The translations under genes were made by a program, and so were the position numbers. The notes below the pieces were generated by a model that had not been told where the DNA came from, made no database searches, and saw only the letters and a program-made list of their open reading frames with translations. A DNA stretch of 64,000 bases from Candidatus Bathyarchaeota archaeon. Lineage in GTDB: Archaea > Thermoproteota > Bathyarchaeia > 40CM-2-53-6 > CAVXDP01. The DNA lies in assembly GCA_963760485.1 (NCBI GenBank), contig CAVXDP010000011.1, positions 574 to 64,573 of the forward strand, read 5' to 3'. This document shows, piece by piece, positions 10,385 to 22,793 of the stretch; position 1 is the stretch's first letter; every line of letters begins with the position of its first letter.

Positions 10385-10629
10385 TTACATTACCTTATAC
10401 ATAGACATTTACTTATGACTATAAAAGGCTTGCCCACGCTGAACACCTGTCGCAATCAAGAAAACAGAAGATCAAAAATTCTATGCCGAAACTTCAAAAT
10501 CGAAAGAAAACGGGAGAAGCCTATGGAAAGCGCCTGCCGATATCTGAGGGTGACACTTCCAACAAGTCTCGTAGACGCAGATTCGCTGGACTTGAACGTA
10601 GGTAACGAGAGCCGGGAGGATGTATGGGT

Positions 10630-10983
10630 CTATTCCAGTTCTGATGCTACTAGGTAGACGCCCGAAATGATGAAGAAAATCAGGGCTAATGGTGCGAACC
10701 AGGAGACAAAGCCTGATACCAGAAGTATCATCAGGAACACGATGTCAATCCATCCAGTTCTAGATTTCGGGAGCAGTTCTCCAGGTGCCATGCCCAGTCG
10801 TCTCGCGACATAGAGAATTGCGATCGCACTTGCAGCGAGCAGGGTTAGGTGGAAGAATGTGGCAACGAATAGAACTCCACCAATGGGTTTTGTGCCACCA
10901 CCATATGGGACTGGAATTCCCTTATACATGATTGGCATCGCCAGAGTTTCTAGGGCTAGGGCGATGGCCAAGACTACGACCAC
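10630..10983 (-). CDS. integral membrane protein (3-4 TM helices)
   Basis: Hydrophobic 117-aa ORF. Confidence 0.35.
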   Translation of the reverse strand: MVVVLAIALALETLAMPIMYKGIPVPYGGGTKPIGGVLFVATFFHLTLLAASAIAILYVARRLGMAPGELLPKSRTGWIDIVFLMILLVSGFVSWFAPLALIFFIISGVYLVASELE

Positions 10984-11493
10984 TGAGACTATGAGGATGA
11001 CTTTTTCTCTGTTCGTCTCGGGTCCGCTCCGGTTTTCGCAGATTGTGCTGAAGCTGTGTTTAAAAACATACCTGTTGTTGGGCGTTCACTCTTGAGCCTT
11101 TTACAGCGTTTGATGCAACAAGATATATTTGTACTGCAGAGAAATACCCATCCGGACGAGGGTATACAGCATTTGTCTGATGACGCAAAGCACATACTTG
11201 AAGTGAAACAAGCTGAGAAGCCTTTGAAAGCTTCCAAGGAAAGCCTTCAGTCTCTGAAGGGCGTCGCCGGAGGTAAGCAGATTGCGCGGATGAAAAAAGA
11301 GGCCGTGGACTGCCCAGTCATGGCCAAGACAGTCTGTTTTGTTGAGTGTTTCGCCTGCAAAAACTTCCTCAGAAGACTTAAGGGAACAGCCCACTGCAAA
11401 GGAGACGCATTACCATAGTCGCCACCAAGAGGACATGTTGATAGCCTCATTCGAAAAAACAAGGAAGGAGAGTCCGCAGGTTCTAAGAAACCG

Positions 11494-11781
11494 TTACTGC
11501 ACGACTTCTCCCGTAGCAAATCTATTTCCTACACGAGTAACCTTCACTTTGACGTGGTCCCCAGGTTTTGTGTTTGGAATGAAAATCACGAATCCTTGAA
11601 CCCGCGCGATCCCTTCACCGCGTCTACTCGTCTCTTTTACGTCAACTTCGTATTCCTTACCTTCTTCCACAGGTTTCTCAAATGGTGCGTCGCTGAAACT
11701 TCGTCTTTCAAAACTCATACGTCTCACCTCGCTCAGTTTGGAATAGCTAGCTACGGGAGAATACAATAGCGGCGGATTCAA
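11494..11781 (-). CDS. TRAM-domain protein
   Basis: The C-terminus GEGIARVQGFVIFIPNTKPGDHVKVKVTRVGNRFATGEVV is a canonical stand-alone archaeal TRAM domain. Confidence 0.7.
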   Translation of the reverse strand: MNPPLLYSPVASYSKLSEVRRMSFERRSFSDAPFEKPVEEGKEYEVDVKETSRRGEGIARVQGFVIFIPNTKPGDHVKVKVTRVGNRFATGEVVQ

Positions 11782-11973
11782 AAACGGCTCGCTAGCTCTT
11801 CCCCTTCGTACCTAACTTCGTTTCTAGCGAAGCCGGATTGTTTGATATAAAGTTTGTCCGATTGATATCGATTGCCAGAATTGTCTGATGTTCCCACGCC
11901 TGATGACCACCTTCAAGCAAGTTTTTTATATGAAAGGAACGCTTTCAGTCGCAATTTCGGGAGCGTGAGGAAA

Positions 11974-14128
11974 ATGACATTCGAAACCACCGTGTTGTGG
12001 GTTATAATCGGTACAGCTCTGGGTGCGCTTCTGTACGCTGCGCTTTTGGCACGCCATACTCTAAAGGAGCCAACTGGAACTGGCAAAATGCTTGAAGTTT
12101 GGAAAGCAATATCTGAAGGGGCTAATGCCTATCTCAAGAAGCAATTCAGGTCAATAGTTCTGATAATCGCTGTTCTCACAGTTGCACTTTATGCTTCCGC
12201 CGCTCTCGTGGGAGGGTCACCTTCGATCTCTATCGGAAGAGCAGCAGCGTTTCTGATGGGTGTGACTTTTTCTGGACTCGTCGGCTATCTTGGAATGAAT
12301 ATGGCAGTCAAAGGAAACATTCGTGTCACCGAGGCCTCACGCAGAAGTTTTCGGGATGCCCTAAGGATCGCCTACAGATCAGGAACAATAACTGGAATGT
12401 TGACAGATGGCCTAGGGCTTTTTGGAGGCACCTTGATCTTCATGATATACTTCAAGGATGCTCCACAGGTTCTATTGGGCTTTGGCTTAGGTGGTACACT
12501 GATCGCCCTGTTCATGCGAGTTGGTGGAGGAATCTACACAAAGGCTGCAGATGTTGGAGCTGACCTTGTTGGCAAGGTTGAGAAAGGCATTCCTGAAGAT
12601 GACCCCCGCAACGCAGCCGTAGTCGCTGATCTAGTAGGAGACAATGTAGGCGACTGTGCCGGGATGGCGGCGGATATCTTCGAGTCATACGAGGTCACAA
12701 TAGTATCAGCCATGATACTTGCCCTAGCTCTACTGCCTTTCGACGTGAAATGGATCATGTTTCCACTTATGGTCAGAGCTATCGGTGTAGTAAGTACGAT
12801 AGTTGGAACCTACTTTGTCTCTCTGTGGCCTCAGAGTCTTACTAAAGGTGATGCCTTCAAAGCCATGGACTTGTCATATGACCTCTCCGCGGCAATATCC
12901 GTTGTGAGTTTCTTCTTACTCGCAGAATTCTACGTTCACGATCTCAGAGTTTTTGTAGCAACTGCCGTTGGAATATTCCTAGCGATTGGATTCAACAAGA
13001 TAACAGACCACTTCACAAATCCCAATAAGAAACCCATTGATGAACTTGCACGGGCATCAAGAACAGGCGCTGCAACAGAGATACTCGGCGGTTTGTCACT
13101 GGGGTTCGAGGTAACCGTTTGGAACCTGTTGATAATATGCATCACGATATTAATCTCAGTCTCCGTTTTCTCGGGTTCAACAATCGTATTCATGATGTAT
13201 GCCATCGCTCTTTCTGGAATAGGCATGCTTACCCTAACCGGTAATAACGTCTCAATGGATGCATTTGGCCCCATAGTAGACAATGCCAATGGTATAGGCG
13301 AGATGGCTGGTGTGGAGCCTGCCGCCAGGAAGATCCTGGCCGATCTTGACGCATCTGGGAATACCACCAAAGCGGCGACGAAAACAATAGCTATTGCATC
13401 GGCTGTAATAGCAGCTGTTTCGTTGTTCGGTGCGTTTACCGAGACAACAGGGCTGCAAACGATTGGACTGAACATTGCTGACCCAATTGTCTTCGTTGGA
13501 TTACTGGTTGGAGGAGCTCTACCGTTCTTGTTCAGCTCAGGCGCGATACGTGCGGTAAGTAGAGCTGCAGGATCTATCATCGAAGAAGTGAGGACGCAGT
13601 TCAAAGTCCCCGGTGTGATGGAGGGAACTGTTAAACCTGATTACGCAAAGGTCGTAACAATCTGCACCTCAGCAGCCCAGAGAGAACTGGTAGGTCTTGC
13701 GATCATGTCAATACTCGCGCCACTGGCGATCGGACTCTTGCTCAAGCAGGCGAGCACTAGGAGCCTTTCTAGCAGGCATAATCGTGACAGGCCAGCTACT
13801 AGCAGTTTTTATGGCATCATCAGGAGCCTCTTGGGACAACGCCAAGAAGAAGATTGAAGATGGCTATTATGGCGGAAAGGGTTCTGAAAACCACAAGGCA
13901 TCAGTGACCTGCGACACTGTGGGCGACCCACTGAAAGACACTTCTGGCCCTGCTCTGAACCCCATGATAAAAGTCATCAACCTGATCTCGCTCATCTTCG
14001 CGCCACTGATCATCAAACTCGCCAGCCAACCACTGATCTCCGTACCTCTCGGCATTGTGTTTGTAGTGGCAATTGGAATTGCGGTCTGGTACGGAAAGCG
14101 AGAAGGCGCATTCACAAAGATTCAATAG
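11974..14128 (+). CDS. hppA: membrane-bound proton/sodium-translocating pyrophosphatase (one frameshift near ~13745)
   Basis: The 661-aa ORF and the following 143-aa ORF ([31 protein letters not shown]…[18 protein letters not shown]) are collinear V-PPase sequence. The likely start is the ATG at 11974, which is preceded by GTGAGG. Confidence 0.85.
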
Positions 14129-14269
14129 CAGAACACGGCAAGACAGCCTGGTTTGGAGGGGCCCAATACCCCAAAACATGGCCCATTCCAACGGCTCTAA
14201 ACGTTATAAGTGAAATCAATTCCAAGGTACGACTAAACAATCAGAGCATTACTGGCAGTGTGTACGAAG

Positions 14270-15564
<1,295 letters not shown>

Positions 15565-15691
15565 GTCTGCGTATGCCAAAGACGACTTCTGATCAATAAT
15601 ACCGGACTCAGAACGAACCAATAGATAAGTGCAAAGATAAGTCGATCACAACGCATCATAATTGTTGAGTTTCCGCGCGTAGTTTCTGAAG

Positions 15692-16477
15692 TTGATGGAC
15701 TTGACCAGGTCGTACACTGTGATCGGTGTTGAAGGGCTGCCTCTTGTGCAACCCGGCGATGATGTCGGCGAGGTGATTGCCATCTGCATTACTAAGAATG
15801 GCATGACGTTAGAAGATCGGGACATAGTGGTCGTGTCCCAGAAGATTGTCTCGAAGGCCGAGGGCAGACTGGTCAATCTGGGACAACTGAGGCCATCGAA
15901 ACGCGCTGAGGAATTGGCGAAGCTTACGAATAAGGACGCCCGATTAGTCGAGTATGTATTGAAAGAGTCAAAGAGAGTTCTGGGAATTGCAGAGCAAGCC
16001 TTGGTTGTCGAAACTTACGCTGGGCTCGTGTGTCTGAATGCAGGAATTGACAAGTCAAACGTCTCCGGCAAAGACACTTATTCACTTTTGCCCAGAGACC
16101 CAGATGGCTCAGCTCATGAGATAAGATCGAAACTACGTGAGCTTACCGGGAAAAACGTGGGCGTGATAATATGTGATACGTATAGTCGGCCGTTCAGAAA
16201 TGGGATAGTTGATTTCGCCATCGGATTGGCCGGCGTAAGGCCATTCAAGGATTACAGAGGTACATGCGATCTCTTCGGAAATCAGCTTAAGTTCAAACTG
16301 GTTGCGACTGCTGATGAGATAGCGGCGGCTGCTGAACTAGTTATGGGCCAGGGTACAGAAGCGATCCCCGTGGCCATAATTAAAGGTCTAGCTAGTGTCG
16401 AATCGGATAATGATATCAAATCAACTGAGCTGATCATGCCGACATCAAGAGATCTCTATCGTGGGTCGATCAGGTAG
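15692..16477 (+). CDS. cofE: coenzyme F420-0:L-glutamate ligase
   Basis: 261-aa protein with CofE hallmarks: DIVVVSQKIVSKAEGR, NAGIDKSN and GVIICDTYSRPFRNG. Confidence 0.8.
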   Translation: MMDLTRSYTVIGVEGLPLVQPGDDVGEVIAICITKNGMTLEDRDIVVVSQKIVSKAEGRLVNLGQLRPSKRAEELAKLTNKDARLVEYVLKESKRVLGIAEQALVVETYAGLVCLNAGIDKSNVSGKDTYSLLPRDPDGSAHEIRSKLRELTGKNVGVIICDTYSRPFRNGIVDFAIGLAGVRPFKDYRGTCDLFGNQLKFKLVATADEIAAAAELVMGQGTEAIPVAIIKGLASVESDNDIKSTELIMPTSRDLYRGSIR

Positions 16478-16598
16478 TGCTCGTATCCGCGTGCGAGTAC
16501 ACCGCTAGGGCTTCTTGAATAATCCACAACAAAAGAAAGGGGAGACGAGGTCGTGGGAGATTCTGCGGAGTGACCGTAAGTCCGGACTCTACCTTTGG

Positions 16599-17126
16599 TC
16601 AATGAGCAGGTGCTTGAGCATGAGCGCGTGTTTCGATGAGCTTCCTGAGATCATCCGGTATGTTCGGTTCGTATGCCACTTTGATAACCCAGCGGAAGAC
16701 GTCTCTCTCGGTGACCATTCCAAGAAGTTTCTCACTTTCGACAACAGCGAGTCGTCGTATGTCCTTTCTCATCATCTGCTCAACGGCCTCCCAAACCTGA
16801 GCTGTGGGCACGATGGTAATGAGGGGCTTGGACATTATCTTCCCTACAATCATACCCATAACCTTCTGTCCCTTTGCAGTCCTTGTCGAGATGTCTCGTT
16901 CCGTTAGGATCCCAACGGGCTTTCCTTTCTCAGTCACAATAATACTCCCGATCTTGTTCCGAACCATGGTGCGGAGAGCTTTGCTAACCTTTTCCGTCGA
17001 CTTGATTGTTACGACTTTCGTGGACATTATCGCGGAAACTATTTCACTGGGTGGAACGGATCCAGCCAAACTTATCCTCTCTAATCTCAATTGTGTACCT
17101 GCACCATCTAAAAGGCTTTGCATCAA
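16599..17126 (-). CDS. CBS-domain pair protein
   Basis: Two CBS motifs are present: IMSTKVVTI…GILTERDI and IMSKPLITI…GMVTERDV. Confidence 0.6.
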   Translation of the reverse strand: MMQSLLDGAGTQLRLERISLAGSVPPSEIVSAIMSTKVVTIKSTEKVSKALRTMVRNKIGSIIVTEKGKPVGILTERDISTRTAKGQKVMGMIVGKIMSKPLITIVPTAQVWEAVEQMMRKDIRRLAVVESEKLLGMVTERDVFRWVIKVAYEPNIPDDLRKLIETRAHAQAPAH

Positions 17127-17266
17127 GACTCATGTTTTAGTCCAGTCCACATGTTCTGACAGCGGGCACTTTGAAGGCACACAATTGCACCGATTCTTTG
17201 AACCCACTCGTGGCCCGTCTTAAGCTTAATAGCTTATTTGCTCACCTGTAGGGACGGCGTTTCGTT

Positions 17267-18142
17267 TTGCAAATTGGAATCCTTACTAGAAGAGAGGACT
17301 CCTGGTGTGGAATGAGACTCAGAAAGGCCTTTGAGGACAGGCACAAAGATGTTAACTTCTTCGGTTTCCAAGATCTCGTTGCAAGGGTTCGACAGACTCC
17401 GACCATATCTTTTGGAAATGCGGATCTAACATCAGAATTGTCTGCCCTGTTCGTGAGACCCATTGGGAGAGGATCCTTAGACGAGATAGTATTCCAGTTG
17501 GACATTCTCCATACGTTATCGCAGGAAGGCGTATCCGTAATAAATGCGCCTTCAGCTATCGAGAAAGCCGTGGACAAATATCGGGCACTCGAACTTCTGA
17601 CCCGTGCAGGAATTCCGGTTCCGACAACGATAGTCACTGAGAATGTTAGTGAGGCGGTACGAGCGTTTGAGAGTTTTGGAGGAGAAGCTATCGTCAAACC
17701 CGTGTTTGGCTCACGTGGGATAGGCGCTGCCAGAATTTCTGACATAGATGTAGCTGAGAGGGTCTTTCGAACTCTTAGATTCTACAAGCATGTAATATAC
17801 GTTCAAGAGTTCATTCCGCACGGAACAAGCGACATAAGAGCGTTCGTGATTGACGGTGAAGTTGTTTCTGCTATGAGAAGAAATTCAAAGTCCTGGAAGA
17901 CGAATGTGAGTCGAGGAGCCACACCGACTGAGTTTGAACCCTCCCAAGAGTTAAGAAAGATAGCTGTGGACGCTGCCAAGGCGATAGGTTGTGACATCGC
18001 AGGAGTGGATGTCATGGAAAACGGTCAAAGCCTTATCGTAAATGAGGTTAATTCTCAGCCAGGATGGAAAGGACTGCAATCAATAACCAAAGTCGACATA
18101 GCTGGCAAGATAGCAGATTACGTGATATCCACAATCAGATAG
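17267..18142 (+). CDS. RimK-family ATP-grasp ligase (CofF/MptN-like alpha-L-glutamate ligase)
   Basis: The ATP-grasp core EAIVKPVFGSRGIGAARI…YVQEFIP…NEVNSQPGW is present. It lies adjacent to cofE. Confidence 0.65.
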   Translation: MQIGILTRREDSWCGMRLRKAFEDRHKDVNFFGFQDLVARVRQTPTISFGNADLTSELSALFVRPIGRGSLDEIVFQLDILHTLSQEGVSVINAPSAIEKAVDKYRALELLTRAGIPVPTTIVTENVSEAVRAFESFGGEAIVKPVFGSRGIGAARISDIDVAERVFRTLRFYKHVIYVQEFIPHGTSDIRAFVIDGEVVSAMRRNSKSWKTNVSRGATPTEFEPSQELRKIAVDAAKAIGCDIAGVDVMENGQSLIVNEVNSQPGWKGLQSITKVDIAGKIADYVISTIR

Positions 18143-18153
18143 ATGCACGGTTC

Positions 18154-19242
18154 TTATAGGTCGAATTCGATGTCCAGATTCTTAGCCAGATCCCGGAGGC
18201 TCTCCCAGACCCTGAAGTATAGAGGTACCCCATTCTTTCTGTAGTCTTCCTCCAACTCCCATTCTTTTTCGCCATGGATGTAGATTCTTTCTTGGCCCTT
18301 TGCTTTGGCTGAGTTTCTGATAGTTCTGATCATGACGTCCATTCGTTCTTTGAACTCCTCTAGTGGCGTGAAAGCGTCAATATCTATGGCTCCTAGGAAG
18401 TGCCCGATATCAGATGGTTTGGGATCTTCTGGGGTTCCCACGTGAGGTCCATAAGCTGCTCCGGGTAGTATACCTGAGAGTATGTCGACGAGGATAGATA
18501 ATCCGTAGCCCTTGTATCCGGCGGTCTCATCTAATCCCCCCAACGGTAGGAGTCCACCACGTTTTGTCTTGTATATGGAGCGCATAACGGTCTCTGTGTC
18601 GACCGCAGGGTTATTGTCTTCATCTATTGCCCACCCTGTGGGCACTGGTTTTCCGTGTCTTCTGTAGACTTCCATTTTTCCGATTGGAACGACGCTCGTG
18701 GCCATGTCCAATACATAGGGGCGCTCGTGTTTCGTGGGTACGGCGAAAGCCACTGGGTTGGTTCCGAGTATGGGTTCTATGCCGAAGGTTGGAACGACAA
18801 GTGGCCACGCGTTTGTCGTACTGAGTCCTATCATGTTCTCTTTCAATGCCATCATGGCGTAATAGCCGGCGATTCCAATATGATTGCTGTGAGTAACGGG
18901 AGCAAATCCCAGATGAGTTTTCTTGGCTTTGTCGATGCATCGCTCCATAGCTCTATAGGCAACCACTTGTCCGAGGCTGTTTTCTCCATCTATGAGTAGG
19001 CTGACAGGAGTCTCCCTTCTTATTGTAAGTCTAGCTTTGGGCGGTATCCACCCGTTCATCAACCGGTTGGCATACCTGGGCAATCGTGAGACGCCATGCG
19101 ACTCGATTCCTCTCAGATCAGCTGATACGAGAACATTCGCTGTTATCTCAGCTTCATCATGTGGAACATCCAATCGTTCTAGAACGCGTACACAGAATGC
19201 CTGCAGAGAATCTGCTTGAACATTCCGTTCTTGATCAGGCAA
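18154..19242 (-). CDS. Ldh2-family 2-hydroxyacid dehydrogenase (malate/(S)-sulfolactate/2-hydroxyglutarate dehydrogenase type, ComC/MdhII-like)
   Basis: 362-aa Mdh/Ldh_2 family protein (IESHGVSRLPRY…HSNHIGIAGYY…). It is the last gene of the fwd-mch operon. Confidence 0.7.
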   Translation of the reverse strand: MPDQERNVQADSLQAFCVRVLERLDVPHDEAEITANVLVSADLRGIESHGVSRLPRYANRLMNGWIPPKARLTIRRETPVSLLIDGENSLGQVVAYRAMERCIDKAKKTHLGFAPVTHSNHIGIAGYYAMMALKENMIGLSTTNAWPLVVPTFGIEPILGTNPVAFAVPTKHERPYVLDMATSVVPIGKMEVYRRHGKPVPTGWAIDEDNNPAVDTETVMRSIYKTKRGGLLPLGGLDETAGYKGYGLSILVDILSGILPGAAYGPHVGTPEDPKPSDIGHFLGAIDIDAFTPLEEFKERMDVMIRTIRNSAKAKGQERIYIHGEKEWELEEDYRKNGVPLYFRVWESLRDLAKNLDIEFDL

Positions 19243-19280
19243 TCCGCTACTTCTCCGTATAGGATCACTATCACAGGATT

Positions 19281-20243
19281 CTAGAGCGTGTGGAGGCCCA
19301 TAGTTGTTTTGAGAACGTCTACGTTGATTTTTCCGGATGTATATGTGGCCCCAGTTCGGATGTTGTTTATTGAAACAACAGCTGGTGCAAAAAGGTTTGG
19401 ATCTATGTTGTAGAATTCGTAGTTGGCGGCTTTTAGGATGTCGTAGAATGGCTTGCCGTAGTCTTTGGCAGTTGAGGATGGAGCATTTGTTACATAGTCC
19501 TTCAGTTTCTCATCGTCCTCAAAATCTACTGTGTAGTAGGCTTCTCCTCCATAGTAGAGGGCGTCGTTGGTTCGCCCCATTGCCTTCTGATCCTTGGGAT
19601 GGATTGGGGCTATCGGTGCGTATCCACAACCATAGAGAATTCTCTTGATGTCAAAGCCGATCTGCATGAGCTTGTGAATTCCTGTTTCTACGATTCTTCC
19701 CGAGATCTGAATGGATCCACAGATCGATGTTGTCGGGGCCACCATCAAAACCAAGTTCTCAAAAGTAACTCCGCATTTCTTGGCCAGGTAGTCGATCGCA
19801 CATTCTGTCGGGTTTGAATTCGATTCAAGGACCAGCACAGCTCTATCGGATTTGTCTCTGTATTCAATCCTCTCGTAGACTTCTTTGGGTTTCAATGCAA
19901 GTGCTCGTCCGGGGCCCGACCCCATTGCAAAGTAGTCTTCAGTTTTTATCTGCCATCCAGCAAGTTGCGAACCCAGTGTAGAGATAGCGGGGTAGGCAGT
20001 CTCAACAAATATGCTTGGCAATGAAATGTCTCCGTACTTGGAGTATAGAATTGAAGCTTTACCTAGTCCAGCCAGACATAGCTCCGTCATAGCGATGCCA
20101 GCGCTGTATCCTCCTGGTGCCTTCACACCAGCGTCAAGAATCGTTGCACCCTTAGAATCTTTTTCAACGGTTACCCCGAGGCGCTCTTTGTCCCTCACGA
20201 TTCTTTCTACGACTCTCATGGCAGACACGTTGAGGCTTAACAT
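19281..20243 (-). CDS. mch: N5,N10-methenyl-tetrahydromethanopterin cyclohydrolase
   Basis: 320-aa protein matching Mch along its whole length (…GVKAPGGYSAGIAMTELCLAGLG…DYFAMGSGPGRALALKPKEVYE…). Confidence 0.85.
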   Translation of the reverse strand: MLSLNVSAMRVVERIVRDKERLGVTVEKDSKGATILDAGVKAPGGYSAGIAMTELCLAGLGKASILYSKYGDISLPSIFVETAYPAISTLGSQLAGWQIKTEDYFAMGSGPGRALALKPKEVYERIEYRDKSDRAVLVLESNSNPTECAIDYLAKKCGVTFENLVLMVAPTTSICGSIQISGRIVETGIHKLMQIGFDIKRILYGCGYAPIAPIHPKDQKAMGRTNDALYYGGEAYYTVDFEDDEKLKDYVTNAPSSTAKDYGKPFYDILKAANYEFYNIDPNLFAPAVVSINNIRTGATYTSGKINVDVLKTTMGLHTL

Positions 20244-20249
20244 GGATTA

Positions 20250-21089
20250 CTAGTCCTCCAACTTGTCGATATATGACTCGCACCACTTCAATTGTGGATT
20301 GCTCGAAACCTTCACTGACAGACGCCCATTTCCATTCTCATTAATATCGCCTAAGAATGAGTAGAATGGCCCGAGAAGTTTCTCTTCTGCAACCTTGACC
20401 TTGTCTCGCATGTCTTCGAAGACGAAACTTGGTAAAACTGATATGAGATTTCCGAGCATAACAACCTTGCCTGCAGTCATCTGAGCGCCTGCCCTTCCCT
20501 CGCAGTCTCCTTCGACTAGAACTGTTCCATCGGTCATGTGAATTCCCGGATACATTCCGACGTTTCCTTTTACTCTTATCAGTCCGCCTCTCATCCAACA
20601 TCCAACTTCTACCCCGGCGTTACCTTCAATCACAATGGATCCAGCTTTCATTCCATTTCTGCTTCCACGATACGCTGAACCAACAAAATCTCCAGCATTT
20701 CCATGAACCTCGATAATTCCGCCGTTCATTCTCGATCCTACCCATGACCCTGCGTCGCCTTCGACAACAATTGTTCCACCAGACATTCCTTCTCCGAGAT
20801 GCATTCCCACGTCTCCCTCAATTTGAATGCCGCCAGCTGTCATTCCATGACCTATTCTTCGAATCTTCTTCAGATCTCCGAGAACTCTTATTCCAAGATC
20901 CTTCGGTGAAGTGTCGGCATTACCTTCCAGAGAGAAGATCTCCTTCAGCCGACTTTTCCTGTTTCCTTCCCAGAGGTCAAGTGAGAGAATCTCCTCATTC
21001 GATTTGCCGCTGAGAATGTCAGGTGTGATGCATGAACCATCCACGGGGACCGTTAGAGGTCGTATGAGTCTAATTGTGAGCTCTGTCAA
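20250..21089 (-). CDS. fwdC: formylmethanofuran dehydrogenase subunit C
   Basis: 279-aa protein with repeated GxxGxxMxGG beta-helix motifs (…MTAGGIQIEGDVGMHLGEGMSGGTIVVEGDAGSWVGSRMNGGIIEVHGNAGDFVG…) typical of FwdC/FmdC. Confidence 0.8.
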   Translation of the reverse strand: MTELTIRLIRPLTVPVDGSCITPDILSGKSNEEILSLDLWEGNRKSRLKEIFSLEGNADTSPKDLGIRVLGDLKKIRRIGHGMTAGGIQIEGDVGMHLGEGMSGGTIVVEGDAGSWVGSRMNGGIIEVHGNAGDFVGSAYRGSRNGMKAGSIVIEGNAGVEVGCWMRGGLIRVKGNVGMYPGIHMTDGTVLVEGDCEGRAGAQMTAGKVVMLGNLISVLPSFVFEDMRDKVKVAEEKLLGPFYSFLGDINENGNGRLSVKVSSNPQLKWCESYIDKLED

Positions 21090-22789
21090 CTAGAAGACCC
21101 TGCCACAGTGTCGATTCTCTTTGATGCCAAGAGATAGTGCTCGTCGATGGGATAGTTGCTCATCTGCATTGTGTAGTAGTCTTCGAACTTTCCCTTGAGG
21201 TCAGTGAGCATCTTTTCATGGATGTCTCGGGGTACTTTCGGATCTACCCAGAGTGTTTTTCCAGGAACAGTGTCTACAATCTCGCCATTCTTGACGAGGA
21301 TCTTTCCTTCCTTGATTGTGTATGCAGCCTTTCGAAAAGCCCGTCGTACAAGTTTGTATTGTTTCGAGGGGTTGATCTTGGTTGGATCGATTGCGTATAT
21401 GGAGATGTCCCCATCTGCTCCCAGTCCTAGGTGGCCCTTTTGCTTCAACCCCAATGTTTTGGCTGTGCCAGCTCTGGTTGCGATTGCAATATCGTAGAAG
21501 GAATATTCCCGATCGAGCCCTGGGAGGTTTAGCCGTCTGTGTGCGCTCTTGTTCAGTTTCTCGACAATCTTCAGTCTTGCTTCCTTGCTCATCAACCAAG
21601 CTATGACCCGCGGGTATTCTGTGAACGGTCCCGCGTTCGGATGGTCTGTTGTCATCTGGACGCGCCAAGGATCTTTTATCATCAAGGCAAGTTCGAGCCC
21701 TATGCCCCATTGTATGCAGTTTACATAGTTGCTCTTCTTGTAGTGAAATGGGACTATTCCACCTCCGTCTTCCACTTCCACATCTGTGTTGGCCCATTTG
21801 TTTCCTGAAATCAGGTAGAGAAGGAATTGGAAGCCTCCGTCAGCGGTCATAGTCGTTGTATCTGTAAATATGATCTGGCCTAGGTCTATGTCAACGTGCT
21901 CATGTTTGTTTACATAGTCAGCTATCTCAGGTGCGCCAGAACCGACGTTGATCCAGTCGGTTCCACTTCGTCCTGTAAACTGAACGTGGGTTATGTGAAT
22001 AATCGGTCTTCCACCATGGTATAGGTCGCGTACACAGTCCATTGTCTCTATTGTGGTTTCATAGTTTCCGGCTCTTGCTAGATTGTTTGTGTGAACGTGA
22101 ATTGAGTGAGGTAGTTTCAGATAGAGGTTTACTTTGCATAGGCCACGAATGATTTCTCTTGGAGTGATGTTGAATCTGGGTACGGTATCGTCTAGACTTG
22201 TAACATACTTTCCCCAGCCCCAGGCCTCGACTCCACCCGGATTGACGAGTTTTATCGCGTAGCCTTTTGTAGCTTTCATCATCCATGCTACATAAGCCGC
22301 ACACTCGTCGAATTTTCCGTCTCTCAAGTATTCCATGACAAACCAATTGTTTCCAAGCAGTGGAAAGCATCCTTTGTCCAGCATCGGAGTGTCATTCAAT
22401 TCTTCATGGGTATGCCTGGTCTTCATTGGTGGCGTGGCCGGTTCGAAAACAGTTGTGTACCCCATTCTAGCGTACCGATAGCCGGTGGTAAAGGTTGATG
22501 GGATTGATCTGCCAACACCAGATCTTGTATTAGACGTTCTTGTCTCTACGTCTTTTTCGTGGTCTTCGGGTCGAATCATTCGGCCTAAGTTTACCTTTGA
22601 TCCCGCGATGTGAGAGTGAACGTCGACTCCACCAGGCATGACGATCATGCCAGAGCCGTCAACTATCTCAGCTGACGAACCAACGCTATCTACAATGACC
22701 CCGTTTCTTATGGCGATGTCCATCTTTTCTCCATTCACGTTGTTCAAAGGGTCGTAGACGTACCCGTTCCTCACCAAGAGTTCAGGCAA
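21086..22789 (-). CDS. fwdA: formylmethanofuran dehydrogenase subunit A (amidohydrolase)
   Basis: 567-aa protein. The N-terminus LLVRNGYVYDP…EKMDIAIRNGVIVD…MPGGVDVHSHIAGSKVNLGRMIRPED is diagnostic for FwdA. Confidence 0.85.
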   Translation of the reverse strand: MPELLVRNGYVYDPLNNVNGEKMDIAIRNGVIVDSVGSSAEIVDGSGMIVMPGGVDVHSHIAGSKVNLGRMIRPEDHEKDVETRTSNTRSGVGRSIPSTFTTGYRYARMGYTTVFEPATPPMKTRHTHEELNDTPMLDKGCFPLLGNNWFVMEYLRDGKFDECAAYVAWMMKATKGYAIKLVNPGGVEAWGWGKYVTSLDDTVPRFNITPREIIRGLCKVNLYLKLPHSIHVHTNNLARAGNYETTIETMDCVRDLYHGGRPIIHITHVQFTGRSGTDWINVGSGAPEIADYVNKHEHVDIDLGQIIFTDTTTMTADGGFQFLLYLISGNKWANTDVEVEDGGGIVPFHYKKSNYVNCIQWGIGLELALMIKDPWRVQMTTDHPNAGPFTEYPRVIAWLMSKEARLKIVEKLNKSAHRRLNLPGLDREYSFYDIAIATRAGTAKTLGLKQKGHLGLGADGDISIYAIDPTKINPSKQYKLVRRAFRKAAYTIKEGKILVKNGEIVDTVPGKTLWVDPKVPRDIHEKMLTDLKGKFEDYYTMQMSNYPIDEHYLLASKRIDTVAGSSS

Positions 22790-22793
22790 TCAA

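Noticed and set aside
11056-11519. Three mutually overlapping ORFs (11056..11418 +, 11101..11394 -, 11247..11519 -)
   Set aside because: They overlap each other and the TRAM gene's downstream region, have Cys/Arg-rich odd compositions, and carry no domains. They are probably spurious.
12936-13604. 222-aa minus-strand ORF
   Set aside because: It lies entirely antisense to the hppA coding sequence and has low-complexity Ala/Ser/Pro composition. This is a typical shadow ORF.
18620-18999. Arg-rich ORFs on both strands inside the Ldh2 gene
   Set aside because: They are antisense or alternate-frame shadows of a well-supported 362-aa gene.
21216-21797. 193-aa Arg-rich minus-strand ORF
   Set aside because: It lies in an alternate frame within fwdA and has RS-rich low-complexity sequence with no homology features.
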